Assembly: GCA_963707955.1 (NCBI GenBank)
Contig: OY970176.1
Location: forward strand, 1,472,001-1,536,000
DNA: 64,000 nucleotides
Reading direction: 5' to 3'
Source: Candidatus Bathyarchaeota archaeon
Lineage (GTDB): Archaea > Thermoproteota > Bathyarchaeia > Bathyarchaeales > Bathycorpusculaceae
Shown here: positions 8,924 to 18,805 of the stretch, one piece after another
Numbering within the stretch: the first letter of the stretch is position 1
Layout: the number at the start of each line of letters is the position of its first letter
The notes under the pieces: generated by a model
Seen by the model: the letters and a program-made list of their open reading frames with translations, nothing else
Databases searched by the model: none
What the model was told of the DNA's origin: nothing
Program-made: the position numbers and the translations under genes

Positions 8924-9499
8924 CTAGAAGTCGTGCGGTTTCGCTAATACCTGTCTTATCTTTAAATCGAAGAATCTTGCAGCGTTTGCCGGGCGTATCC
9001 GAAGTGCGGTGTCGGCGCCTCGACCAGTTCCGCCGATAGCGATAATGTCCTCGTCGGTTGGAATCAAACCAGCATCTGCGGCCATCAAACTTATCTCGAC
9101 GCAGACTTTTGTTCCTTCACCCATGCGGCGGAGCACGTTTGCCATCAGCTCCAAGGGCTGGATTGTGCCGAAATCTTTGCGCACAGCTCTTTCAGCGCTG
9201 CTCAAGGCGTGAGTGCCGGCGAAGATCGTTGCTCCGTTTGCCAGGATTCTTGTCTCATACTCATCTTGCAGCTCACTCTTGCCGGGTTCTTTGAAACCGA
9301 AATAATGAGTGACGATGACAACGTTGCGGCCTTTGAACATCTCAGCTGCTTTTGCTCCCGTTTGACCGGTTGTTGAGGCAACCACGATGCCTTTTATGTC
9401 TTCCTTTTCCATGTATTTCTTCACGACTTCCAGAAGACTGTCAGTGTTTTGCTCGCCTGCTTTTGCGAAGTAGACAGTCTTTTCTTCAAAGAGACTCAT
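8924..9499 (-). CDS. pyruvate kinase alpha/beta C-terminal-domain-like protein
   Basis: VVASTTGQTG, THALS, GEGTKVCVEI-LMAADAG, GGTGRGADTA motifs; start trimmed to MSLFEEK. Confidence 0.8.
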   Translation of the reverse strand: MSLFEEKTVYFAKAGEQNTDSLLEVVKKYMEKEDIKGIVVASTTGQTGAKAAEMFKGRNVVIVTHYFGFKEPGKSELQDEYETRILANGATIFAGTHALSSAERAVRKDFGTIQPLELMANVLRRMGEGTKVCVEISLMAADAGLIPTDEDIIAIGGTGRGADTALRIRPANAARFFDLKIRQVLAKPHDF

Positions 9500-9563
9500 A
9501 GCTTCTTCCTCATCAATGACAAGCTCATAAAACTGTAGAGTTTGTTTTATAGTTTTGGAATTT

Positions 9564-10112
9564 CTAACGGTCAGCATCCTTTGTTCGAAGAGGTTTTCTC
9601 TTCAGCTCTGTTCCGCATACTTCACATTTTGAGGACTTGTAGCCTGCAGGGTATGTCTTGTGGCAAGCGGGGCAATACCGCAACCATTGCAGGCGGCGAC
9701 GAATGCCGAAGGTCGCAAGTGGGGCGAAAGCTATTTCGACCTGTTTCGCGACGTTCTGTATTGAATAATCGTCCGTGGCAATCAACGGGTCCCAGCCGCG
9801 TGATCTGAGTTCTAGGGCCAGTGCTAAGACTTGCAAGTCTGCTTTTGACAGGAAGAAGAGATCACCTACTTCTCTCGCTGAGTCTTTAGCTTTCTCCAAG
9901 TAAGTCTTGTCTGGGTTTTCAACTTTCACTTTACCGTTTTCTTCGGCGGTCTTGAGCCTGAACCCGAGAATCGAGTTTTCTCCGATCTCGTCTCTGACTG
10001 CAGGAACGGTGTACTGCTCGTCATTCATCAGGAAAGGGTCAAGGCCAGCGACGAGAGCAGAGGTGTCTAAGACAATGACTCTTCTGCCTGTCGGGTTGCT
10101 TAAGGCTTTCAC
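9564..10112 (-). CDS. nob1: Nob1-like rRNA maturation endonuclease (PIN plus Zn ribbon)
   Basis: VLDTSA, LSKAD, TDDYSIQNVA, CPAC...CEVCG. Confidence 0.88.
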   Translation of the reverse strand: MKALSNPTGRRVIVLDTSALVAGLDPFLMNDEQYTVPAVRDEIGENSILGFRLKTAEENGKVKVENPDKTYLEKAKDSAREVGDLFFLSKADLQVLALALELRSRGWDPLIATDDYSIQNVAKQVEIAFAPLATFGIRRRLQWLRYCPACHKTYPAGYKSSKCEVCGTELKRKPLRTKDADR

Positions 10113-10957
10113 CTCATTCCCTTGAAAAAGAGTCTACTTCTTAATCGGTGGTACAGATTCTCTCGGAATCTTATGAAAGATGTTTCATATTTTGACCTTG
10201 TGACGGTGAGGCGTGGAACTCTGGACGTTACGAGTTGTCGATGGTGTCCATCTATCAGTACCTGTATTCTTCTCGGTTTGCTAACTTCAATTGCGAGTGT
10301 CGAGTTCGCGGGAAAAACAATTGGCCGAAAAATCGTCAGTGGACAAATTGGTGTGAGGACGAAGGCGTCTACTCCAGGGTCCAAAACGGGCCCTCCAGCC
10401 GAGAGCGAATAGCCTGTGGAGCCTGTTTGTGTGGCTACCATCAATCCATCTGACTGGCAGCCTATTATTGCTTCTTCGTCTCTGAAGACTCGAGCGTAAA
10501 GTAGTTTTGCTGGTTCATCGGCTGAGATTACAACTTCGTTCAAAGCTTCTGGAAGCTTCAATCCGTCTGCCATAACGGAGAGTTTCATGCATTTTTCAAT
10601 TCTAAACTCGCCATTTAAGCACTTGTCCACGGCTGTGAAAGCCTCTTTCGGCTCCACTTCTGTCAGAAAGCCCCTTACGCCCATGTTTATGCCGAGTATT
10701 GGAGGCTCTGGCTTGGCGATCGAAATGCAGGTTCTAAGGATTGTTCCGTCTCCGCCTATGGCAACTATGAAGTCAGTCTTCATATGCCCCAGTATAACAG
10801 ATTTTTCATCGAGGCCTGTTCTTTTGACCAGCGTCTCTTCTGCATAAACCTCTAAGCCCCGTGCTCTCAAGTGCTTGGCTAGGTCTTCTGCCAGTTTGAC
10901 TGCTTTTTTTCTGTCGAATCGTGCAACCAGGCCGACGCTTTTGAACAAGGCTTTCAC
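10109..10957 (-). CDS. nadK: NAD kinase
   Basis: IGGDGTIL, LNE, DGLMVATQTGSTGYSLSAGGP. Confidence 0.93.
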   Translation of the reverse strand: MKALFKSVGLVARFDRKKAVKLAEDLAKHLRARGLEVYAEETLVKRTGLDEKSVILGHMKTDFIVAIGGDGTILRTCISIAKPEPPILGINMGVRGFLTEVEPKEAFTAVDKCLNGEFRIEKCMKLSVMADGLKLPEALNEVVISADEPAKLLYARVFRDEEAIIGCQSDGLMVATQTGSTGYSLSAGGPVLDPGVDAFVLTPICPLTIFRPIVFPANSTLAIEVSKPRRIQVLIDGHHRQLVTSRVPRLTVTRSKYETSFIRFRENLYHRLRSRLFFKGMR

Positions 10958-11043
10958 CTTCAGCGTAGTAGCGCCACCTTAAGCTATATATGGATGTTGT
11001 TCAAAATTGCTGAGGATAGTGATCGTGGGCTGTTGGTGAGGAT

Positions 11044-11436
11044 ATGAGCAAACCGGTTGACGTTGGAAGCCTGCGCGTTGGGGGCTACATGATTATTGAT
11101 AGTGAACCTTGTCATATCGTTGACATTACGAAGTCGAAGCCTGGTAAGCACGGTTCTGCCAAGTTTAGAATAGTTGCGATCGGCGTGTTTGACGGTCAGA
11201 AGCGCCAGTTTGTTAAACCCGTTGACCTTGGCGCGGAAGTTCCGATGATCGACAAAAGAATGGGCCAAGTGTTTGCTGTCAATCCTTCAGGGGTCCAAAT
11301 AATGGATTTGGAAACCTATGAGTACTTTGATGCTCCTTTCCCACAGGAAGAAGAGTTGAAAATCAAGCTTACTCAGGGCGTCGAGGTTGAGTACTGGAAG
11401 ATTCTTGGCAGAACCAAGATCATGAGAATAAAATAG
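11044..11436 (+). CDS. eif5a: translation factor aIF5A
   Basis: SKPGKHGSAK hypusine motif. Confidence 0.96.
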   Translation: MSKPVDVGSLRVGGYMIIDSEPCHIVDITKSKPGKHGSAKFRIVAIGVFDGQKRQFVKPVDLGAEVPMIDKRMGQVFAVNPSGVQIMDLETYEYFDAPFPQEEELKIKLTQGVEVEYWKILGRTKIMRIK

Positions 11437-11456
11437 AATGATGGATCGTTCTTGCG

Positions 11457-11705
11457 CTAGCTTTTTTTGTCTGGTGCACTTTTTCTTTGGCTCCACCAGT
11501 CCCAGCCCAGCTTTCCAAAGCCCACGTAGAGAACCAAAAGTATTGTTCCCCAACTCAATGTAATGCCCGCGATTTTAAGTATCAATTCGAGCAAGTACGT
11601 GTAGCATGCCCAAGCGCTCACACTGCCTAAACCGATCAGAAGAAGTGCAAATATGGCGAAGTGGATTGCGCGTTCAGCTGTCAACGATTTTCGCCTGTTT
11701 TTCAA
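11457..11705 (-). CDS. small membrane protein
   Basis: 82 aa, basic N-terminus and two hydrophobic helices. Confidence 0.5.
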   Translation of the reverse strand: MKNRRKSLTAERAIHFAIFALLLIGLGSVSAWACYTYLLELILKIAGITLSWGTILLVLYVGFGKLGWDWWSQRKSAPDKKS

Positions 11706-11784
11706 TCCTTACAACTGAGCATCGTTTTGTCGATAAAAGATTTTCCGTCAACGTTTATCTTCCTGTCTAGCCACCACGTTGATG

Positions 11785-11844
11785 AGGCCGATGATGCAAA
11801 GAAGAGCCGTCTGATCTGTGAAGATATTCAAATGCCTGAGGCTT
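11785..11844 (+). ncRNA. candidate C/D-box guide sRNA
   Basis: AGGCC stem, C-like ATGATG (11791), 13-14 nt guide, D' CTGA (11811), C' GTGAAGA (11818), 11-nt guide, D CTGA (11836), GGCTT stem; intergenic. Confidence 0.6.
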
Positions 11845-11864
11845 CAGTCCTTTTCCTATGTTGC

Positions 11865-12290
11865 CTATTGATGTTTGCGCGGCAAATGTACCTCTAAGAT
11901 GCCTTTTTTGTATTGGACATGCATTTTCTTCATGTTGACTGAAACTGGAATAAGCATGTGACTGTGGAACTTTTGGAATTCTCCTCTGCAGTAAGTTATT
12001 CCAAGGTCGTCAAGTCGTATTTTCCGTTTCATCTTTGCCGTTATTTCGAGGGAGTTGCTGCCTACCGGCTCAACCTTCACCGTGCTCTTGCTTGTGAAGG
12101 GCAGGTCAACAGTGACTAACACTTCTTTTGGAGTTATCATCATGTCGCGGAGGGGTTCTATTGAGCCGTTGCGAAGGTTCCAACTTGGTCTCTCGGTGAA
12201 GACTTCTCTGAAACCTTCAGACCACTTGTCGAAGTCTGCAAAATAGTCGTCAATTATTTCAGAAACTGAACGTTTTCTTCTTATCGCCAT
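11865..12290 (-). CDS. Hsp20/alpha-crystallin family protein
   Basis: EPLRD...VTVDLP...YKKGILEVHLP. Confidence 0.8.
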   Translation of the reverse strand: MAIRRKRSVSEIIDDYFADFDKWSEGFREVFTERPSWNLRNGSIEPLRDMMITPKEVLVTVDLPFTSKSTVKVEPVGSNSLEITAKMKRKIRLDDLGITYCRGEFQKFHSHMLIPVSVNMKKMHVQYKKGILEVHLPRKHQ

Positions 12291-12304
12291 TTCACTCTTC
12301 CTCC

Positions 12305-13052
12305 CTATGAAACATACATTGGAATGTCGTACTCTTGCCCCTTCTTCATCTTGGACATCTCTTCCTGTGTTCTCCTCATTACATCTCTGGCTCTCAGCCG
12401 TATCTCTTCGCCTTTTTCGAGGAGTTTTGCGACATCGACTTTCACTCCTGTGATCTTCTCAAGGTTTTTCAAAACTTCAGCTGCTGCCTCTGGGTCTGGA
12501 TAGTTGAAGAAGCACTGGGCAAGCAATGTTAAAGCTGGAGTTCCGGCGTTTGCAGTCTCGCTGCAGCATGATTGCTTGAGGGCCAACCATGTAGCCTTCC
12601 GTCAGAATTTCAATGCTCTTATCCTGAGCTATTTTAAGGGCTTCAGGACTTGAAGCAGCGGCGAAGGTTTTCAGCTCCTTGGCGTCCTGCCGATCTTGGA
12701 TAGGGAGACCGCTCAGTGAAATCATCATCTTGACGTTCTTATTCTTTCCCCAGTCGATTAATGCGTCCATTATGGGGTAGATGACATCGGCGGGTATTGG
12801 GGCTTCAGATATTGCTAAGAGGATGTTGCCAGCTGCGAAAATCCGTATCGAAGAGTGTGGTAGGCCTTCATGCAGAACAATGAGGGGCGGTAGAAGTCTG
12901 GAGTCTAGATAGGCCACTTCTTCAAGGTTTAGTTCATCAATCAGATGCGAAGCAGCTATCACGCCTACGAGTCCAACGTCGGGGAATCCGAAGATCAATG
13001 TGGCCCCGGATGGAATTTTCTTCCGCTCGATGATTCTTACTTGTTCGCTCAA
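12305..13052 (-). CDS. PAC2-family proteasome assembly chaperone, apparent frameshift near 12555
   Basis: FGFPDVGLVG N-terminus in one frame; TLLAQCFFNYPDPEAAA...LLEKGEEIR C-terminus in another. Confidence 0.8.
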
Positions 13053-13153
13053 ATCAAACCCTCACGTTTCTTAGGGGGTTGTGAATGTAAAAAGCTTATG
13101 GAATCTGAGCTTCGGTTACGGAACAGCTATTAAAGGCGTGAAAGGTTCTACAT

Positions 13154-14500
13154 TTGGCTAAGATCATGTCTTTGGAACGCTTGGGCTCCTCGCTCTATGA
13201 CGCTCTCAAGAAAGTGTTCAGAGCTTCGGTCGTAGATGAAGCTACTGTTAAAGAGCTTGTTCGAGACATCCAAAGAGCACTGCTTCAGGCTGACGTAAAC
13301 GTCCAACTTGTCCTTGGCATCTCTAAACGAATAGAAGAAAGGGCTTTGAAGGAAAAGGTTCCTCCAGGCATTGCGAGACGCGAACACGTCATAAAAGTTG
13401 TCTATGAAGAGTTGACGCGCTTCCTAGGCGATAAGCCGGTGCCGTTGAAGGTTGAGCCTGGAAAAAGAAAACTAGTGATGCTCGTGGGCATCCAAGGTTC
13501 AGGAAAAACAACCGCGGCAGCCAAGCTTGCGAGATATTTTCAGAAGAGGGGGCTGAAGCCAGCTCTGATCTGCGGGGACACTTTTCGACCTGGAGCCTAT
13601 GCACAGCTCCAACAACTCGCGAACAGGATAAACGTGCCCTCGTACGGCGATGTGAAAGCAAAGGATTCTATCAAAGTAGTGAATGAGGGCCTAAAGCAGT
13701 TCAGCGAGAAGGACGTGATCATCGTTGACACATCCGGTCGTCACAAGGAGGAACGAGAACTGATTAGAGAGATGAAGATGCTTGAGAAGAGTATCAAGCC
13801 AGATGAAGTCATGCTTGTGATTGACGGAACGATAGGTCAGCAGGCATTAGCTCAGGCGAAAGCTTTCAACGAGGCAACGCCCATAGGCTCTATCATGGTC
13901 ACCAAACTGGACGGGTCTGCTAGGGGCGGTGGAGCTCTCTCCGCCGTTGCTGCAACGGGGGCCCCTATAAAATTCGTCGGAACCGGCGAAAAAACCGAGG
14001 ATATAGAGGCTTTTGTGCCTTCCCGTTTTGTTGGTAGACTCTTGGGAATGGGTGACTTGGAGACTCTTCTGGACAAAGTGCGTGAAGCGGAGATATCTGT
14101 TCCAGAAAAGAAGGCCAAGGCCATCCTGAGCGGCAAATTCACGCTGACGGACATGTATGAACAATTCGAAGCTTTGAAGGGCATGGGCACCTTCAAGAAA
14201 CTCTTGAAGATGATTCCGGGAATGTCTTACAACATTCCTGATGACATGGTCAACATGGCTGAAGGGCGTCTGGAAAAGTGGCGCGTCATGATTCAGTCGA
14301 TGACGCCAGGGGAGAAGGATAACCCAAAGATTTTTAATGCTTCGAGAATGAAGCGTGTGGCAAAGGGTTCAGGCACTAACGAAAAAGAGGTAAAAGAGCT
14401 TCTGAAGCAGTATGTAATGATGCGCCGAATGCTTAAGACGATGCGACGTAGAAAGAAGTTTCCATTCTTTGGAAAGGACCTGCCCGTCGACATGAAGTAG
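13154..14500 (+). CDS. srp54: signal recognition particle protein SRP54
   Basis: GIQGSGKTT, DTSGRH, TKLDGSARGGG, M-domain. Confidence 0.97.
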   Translation: MAKIMSLERLGSSLYDALKKVFRASVVDEATVKELVRDIQRALLQADVNVQLVLGISKRIEERALKEKVPPGIARREHVIKVVYEELTRFLGDKPVPLKVEPGKRKLVMLVGIQGSGKTTAAAKLARYFQKRGLKPALICGDTFRPGAYAQLQQLANRINVPSYGDVKAKDSIKVVNEGLKQFSEKDVIIVDTSGRHKEERELIREMKMLEKSIKPDEVMLVIDGTIGQQALAQAKAFNEATPIGSIMVTKLDGSARGGGALSAVAATGAPIKFVGTGEKTEDIEAFVPSRFVGRLLGMGDLETLLDKVREAEISVPEKKAKAILSGKFTLTDMYEQFEALKGMGTFKKLLKMIPGMSYNIPDDMVNMAEGRLEKWRVMIQSMTPGEKDNPKIFNASRMKRVAKGSGTNEKEVKELLKQYVMMRRMLKTMRRRKKFPFFGKDLPVDMK

Positions 14501-14524
14501 ACCCGTCGGAACGAAGGTTGCACC

Positions 14525-15859
14525 ATGGACATTCTGCAAACAGCCTTGAAGATGCTCGAAAAACATCCGCTGTGCGACCACTGTCTGGGAAGACAGTTTG
14601 CCCTTCTTGGCCATGGGATCGAGAATGACCAGCGAGGAGAGGCGATTAAGCTCGTGTTGGCCCTCGAGAGTCATGTGTCGGCACTTTCAGACAAAAGAAA
14701 GGGCGTAAGTACTCTGAGAGTGCTGGCAACGAACGGCTTCTGTGAGACTGCTAGGGAAATTCTCCAAGAAATAGAAAAACCCAACGCGGCGGATGGTCGA
14801 CCGACAGAATGTTTCTTGTGCGCCGATAGATTCGCCGCCGAGGACGATTTGGTCAAAATGGCCCTCCAGCTTCTTCAGGATTTTGAGTACAACACCTTCC
14901 TAGTCGGTACAGAACTGCCCGTGCCAGTTGCAGAACGTGAAGACGAGTTTAAGGCCGAGTTTGAAGTAAGCCACGGCGAAAACATGCGCAACGAGTTCGG
15001 AAGGGTTATAGGAAAAGAGATTGCTCGGCGCACTGGAAAGACGGTGGAGTTTGGAAGGCCCGAAATAGTCGTGCTTGTCAACCCCTTCCGTGGACAGGTC
15101 GGGCTTCAGGTGAACCCGCTTTTCGTGGCGGGAAGATACCGAAAGCTTGTCCGAGGCATACCGCAGTCAAAGTGGTTCTGCTCAAGCTGCCATGGGAAAG
15201 GCTGCAAAAAATGCAACTGGACAGGAAAAATGTATCCAGAATCGGTGCAAGAAATCGTCGAAGGGCCCTTCTTGAAAGCGGCAGGTAGCCTGAAAGCTTC
15301 TTTTCACGCTTCCGGGAGAGAGGACATTGACGCGCGCATGCTGGGCAACGGTAGACCTTTTGTGATCGAAGCTACAAGGCCGAGAAAGCGTTTCTTGGAC
15401 CTTGAGAAGCTTGAAGAAGAGGTGAACGCTGTGGGAAGGGGCAAGGTTGAGGTTTCGGACCTAAGGTTTGGGGACAAGAATGTTGTAAGGAGGTTGAAGA
15501 GGGGCGAATCCACTCAGAAAGAATACCGTGTGCTAATAGAATTTGATAACAAGGTCTCGGCCAAGGATCTGCAGCTGTTGGAAGAGAAATTGAGAAACGT
15601 AATGATCAAGCAGCGAACGCCGGTTCGTGTTTTGCATCGACGTGCGGACATGACTCGGGAAAAGTACATATACGAGGTGAATGTTAAGAAATTGTCGCTT
15701 AAAAAGGCCGAAATGAAAATACGCTGTCAAGGAGGACTCTACGTTAAAGAATTGGTGACCGGAGATGAAGGAAGAACAGTCCCCAGCGTGTCAGAAATTC
15801 TCAACAACAAAGCAAAACCTATGAAGCTTGATGTTCTGAGCGTAATCATGGAAGCCTAG
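14525..15859 (+). CDS. pus10: tRNA pseudouridine(54/55) synthase Pus10
   Basis: LCDHCLGR, GRYRKLVRGIPQ, SGREDIDARMLG, GGLYVKEL. Confidence 0.93.
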   Translation: MDILQTALKMLEKHPLCDHCLGRQFALLGHGIENDQRGEAIKLVLALESHVSALSDKRKGVSTLRVLATNGFCETAREILQEIEKPNAADGRPTECFLCADRFAAEDDLVKMALQLLQDFEYNTFLVGTELPVPVAEREDEFKAEFEVSHGENMRNEFGRVIGKEIARRTGKTVEFGRPEIVVLVNPFRGQVGLQVNPLFVAGRYRKLVRGIPQSKWFCSSCHGKGCKKCNWTGKMYPESVQEIVEGPFLKAAGSLKASFHASGREDIDARMLGNGRPFVIEATRPRKRFLDLEKLEEEVNAVGRGKVEVSDLRFGDKNVVRRLKRGESTQKEYRVLIEFDNKVSAKDLQLLEEKLRNVMIKQRTPVRVLHRRADMTREKYIYEVNVKKLSLKKAEMKIRCQGGLYVKELVTGDEGRTVPSVSEILNNKAKPMKLDVLSVIMEA

Positions 15860-15873
15860 GAGTTGGCGGAAAA

Positions 15874-16170
15874 GTGAGAAAATCAAAAGGTTATCGTTCT
15901 GGTACGCGTCGCCTTTTCAAGAAGGAACCCAGAGAGCGTGGCAAGATGAAGCTTAGCAAGCTGCTCTACGAGTATCAGCCTGGGACTCAAGTGGTTGTCA
16001 AGATCGACTCAAGCGTTCAAAAGGGAATGCCGCACAGGCGATATCATGGTAGAGTTGGCACCGTAATCAATAAACGGGGAAGAAGCTACGTGGTAAGCGT
16101 TTCACAGGGAGACGCTATCAGGGAGATCATCGTTAGGCCCGAACATTTAGAACCGTGCAAGAGCGATTAA
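15874..16170 (+). CDS. rpl21e: 50S ribosomal protein L21e
   Basis: SKGYRSGTR, KGMPHRRYHGRVG, RPEHL. Confidence 0.95.
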   Translation: MRKSKGYRSGTRRLFKKEPRERGKMKLSKLLYEYQPGTQVVVKIDSSVQKGMPHRRYHGRVGTVINKRGRSYVVSVSQGDAIREIIVRPEHLEPCKSD

Positions 16171-16171
16171 G

Positions 16172-16510
16172 ATGTCTAAAGGAAATATAACAGAAAAGAA
16201 GCTCACACTGCCACAGGTCAAGAAGATAATGGAGACTATTGGCGAAGAAAACCTTGACCAGCTCCAGCGCCGCACGTTCGATTACGTATCCAAATTTGCG
16301 AAGGTTGACGCCGAGACAGGCGAAAAGCTCGTGGAAAAGCTCATGACAGATTTCGGTTTGGAAGAGGTAGAGGCCATCGAAATAGTCAACTGCATGCCGA
16401 AAAGCATTGAGGAATTGAGGGTTTTTCTAGCTGGTGGTCGCAAAATCATTGAAACCGGAAAGTTAGAGGCAATAGTCAACCTGCTGAATGAACATCGAAA
16501 ACTGAAATAG
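16172..16510 (+). CDS. rpoF: RNA polymerase subunit Rpo4/F
   Basis: IVNCMPKSIEELR motif; conserved position after rpl21e. Confidence 0.88.
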   Translation: MSKGNITEKKLTLPQVKKIMETIGEENLDQLQRRTFDYVSKFAKVDAETGEKLVEKLMTDFGLEEVEAIEIVNCMPKSIEELRVFLAGGRKIIETGKLEAIVNLLNEHRKLK

Positions 16511-16572
16511 TGAGTTGTTAATCCTAACTTCAACTAGATTTTTAAACAGTAAGAGACTATCTATAGGCGATT

Positions 16573-17148
16573 ATGACTATGATGGAGAAGCGGTACGAAG
16601 AGTACGCTTACATACTGGACTTCCTGCTCCACGGGCGTCCAGGTGTGCACGTCTCAGGCCGGGCTGGTTACCGAGCGGGAGCCTTGGTGCAACTGGTGGG
16701 GGAGGAGTTCTTCACCCTCTTGGAAGCACTGGTCAAGGAGGGCGTAACTCTTAAGCCTAACGACCGTGTTTTCGTCGGAAAGGAGGCGCGTGAGGAAATC
16801 ACCTACATAATCGGGCGGATAGGTTATGAGGAACTGACGGCTGCTGCACGAACAGAGCTTTCGACTGTGATCGGCAGAATAGTGTTGAACCGTGAAGAAT
16901 GGTTCGTTCAATTCTTCAACACGGCACGGGCTGTGACGCCAAGAATGCACGCGCTGGAGTTGGTTCCCGGTATTGGCAAGAAATACATGTGGCAAGTCAT
17001 AAACGAACGCGAGAGAAAACCTTTCGAAAACTTTGAAGACCTGCAGAAACGTACAGAGCTGCCGAATCCCGTTAAGCTGATCACGAAGCGGGTTATGGAA
17101 GAACTGAGCAGTGACGGCAAGTATCGGTTGTTTACGAGGGCCCAATAG
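16573..17148 (+). CDS. DUF655 family RNA-binding protein
   Basis: EEYAYILDFL, FTLLE, RMHALELVPGIGKK HhH motif; conserved context. Confidence 0.88.
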   Translation: MTMMEKRYEEYAYILDFLLHGRPGVHVSGRAGYRAGALVQLVGEEFFTLLEALVKEGVTLKPNDRVFVGKEAREEITYIIGRIGYEELTAAARTELSTVIGRIVLNREEWFVQFFNTARAVTPRMHALELVPGIGKKYMWQVINERERKPFENFEDLQKRTELPNPVKLITKRVMEELSSDGKYRLFTRAQ

Positions 17149-17169
17149 CGCGGTTAAGTCAATTAACTG

Positions 17170-17997
17170 GTGGATATGAGTCTCTTAGAAAGGACGAAAT
17201 CACTGCTTCGAAGCCATCGAAGCCTGCCGAAAAAGGCTTTTGGGCAGAACTTCATGATCGAACCTTCAATCTATCAACTCATGGTCAATTACGCTTCATT
17301 GAACCAGAACGACACGGTGCTGGATATTGGCGCAGGGTTAGGCTTTTTGACGCGTTTTGTAGCGGACAAGTGCAGAAGCGTTTTAGCTGTTGAGGCTGAC
17401 CCAGAACTCGCAACTGTTTTACGTCGACAACTTTCTCACCTCTTCAACGTGAAAATCATTGAAGGTAATATACTCAGAGTTAATATTCCGCAGTTCAACA
17501 AGATCGTTTCGACCCCACCCTATAATATTTCTTCACGTCTGCTCCTATGGATTTTGAACCAAGAGTTTGACTGTGCCGTGTTGGTCTTCCAAAGAGAGTT
17601 TGCAAATCGTCTTGCAGCTTCAGTGGGAAGTCGAAACTACGGGTGGCTTACGGTCTTGACATACTTTCAGGCTGAGGTTGAGCTTCTAGACGATGTTCCC
17701 AAATCCATGTTCTATCCGCCGCCAAAAATAGATTCTGTCGTCACTCGTTTAACTCCGCGAAGATCGAAGCTGCATAAGCTGGAAAATGAAGCCGCTTTCA
17801 AAAGAATTGTGCAACTGCTCTTCACGCAACGAAATAGAAAGGTCAGGACTGCGGTGTTGCCGTACCTGAAACATGTACGGATTCTATCCAAAAAGGAAGC
17901 GTGTAAGGTTGCTGAAACACTTCCTTTTCATGACATGCGGGTTAGGGAACTGGCGCCTGAGGATTTCGGAGCCTTAGCGGATGTCCTCATCGAATAG
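17170..17997 (+). CDS. rsmA: 16S rRNA dimethyladenosine transferase
   Basis: GQNF, DIGAGLG, PPYNISS, FYPPPKIDS. Confidence 0.93.
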   Translation: MDMSLLERTKSLLRSHRSLPKKAFGQNFMIEPSIYQLMVNYASLNQNDTVLDIGAGLGFLTRFVADKCRSVLAVEADPELATVLRRQLSHLFNVKIIEGNILRVNIPQFNKIVSTPPYNISSRLLLWILNQEFDCAVLVFQREFANRLAASVGSRNYGWLTVLTYFQAEVELLDDVPKSMFYPPPKIDSVVTRLTPRRSKLHKLENEAAFKRIVQLLFTQRNRKVRTAVLPYLKHVRILSKKEACKVAETLPFHDMRVRELAPEDFGALADVLIE

Positions 17998-18607
17998 ACG
18001 CATCTTCTTTGCGAACTGCGTTTTCCAAGTTGGAGAGAACGTCTACGAACCCGCTGAAGATTCATTCCTCTTCGCTGAGAATCTGCAGGTCAGGGAGAAG
18101 GAAAAAGTTATTGACATGGGAACAGGTTGCGGAATATTGGGCATTCTGGCGGCAGCGAAAGCGGACGAAGTGCTAGCGGTAGACATAAACCCGTATGCTG
18201 TCGCGTGCGCGAAAGAAAACGCCAAGCTGAATCACGCCTCTGGCAAGATCTTTTTCACGCAGGGAGACTTGTTTGGACCAATAAGAGTCGGGGAGGGGTT
18301 CGATGTGATCCTCTTCAACGCTCCATATCTCCCCTCGGAAGAGGTTGGAGAGAGCTCTTGGCTTGTTCGAGCTTGGGCAGGAGGCGTCTCTGGACGAGAC
18401 GTAATTAACGGTTTCATCCGCGAGGCTCCGAAGTATCTGAAGCATGACGGTGAAATCCTGTTGATGCAGTCAACGCTGTCAAACGTTGAAGAGACCTTTT
18501 GCAGGTTTAAGGAGAGAGGTTTGACGGTAAACGTTGTTGCGAAAAGGGACCTGCCGCTTTTTGAGACAATAGTCCTTCTCAAGGCAAAGTTGACAAATGG
18601 AAAATAG
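17981..18607 (+). CDS. HemK2/Mtq2-like protein methyltransferase
   Basis: VYEPAEDS, DMGTGCG, FNAPYLP. Confidence 0.88.
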   Translation: MSSSNRRIFFANCVFQVGENVYEPAEDSFLFAENLQVREKEKVIDMGTGCGILGILAAAKADEVLAVDINPYAVACAKENAKLNHASGKIFFTQGDLFGPIRVGEGFDVILFNAPYLPSEEVGESSWLVRAWAGGVSGRDVINGFIREAPKYLKHDGEILLMQSTLSNVEETFCRFKERGLTVNVVAKRDLPLFETIVLLKAKLTNGK

Positions 18608-18805
18608 TTGAGCTAGCGGGTGGTCGACCCTATCTCTGACAGGTCGCATTTGATGATTGATGCCTTGAGCAGCGAAGTGAGGAGGGTTATCACTGGGATC
18701 GCGTTCTCAAGGGAGGGTTCCGTTGTGTTCCTGGCTGGTTTCTTAGAAAAGAATATATTTTCTGGCCGAAGTCATTGGCTCTGCAGGGACTGGAGAAGCG
18801 TTTAG

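Noticed and set aside
18620-18805. C/D sRNA or small ORF before the P-type ATPase
   Set aside because: TGATGA is present but there is no proper downstream D box; the ORF has no features.
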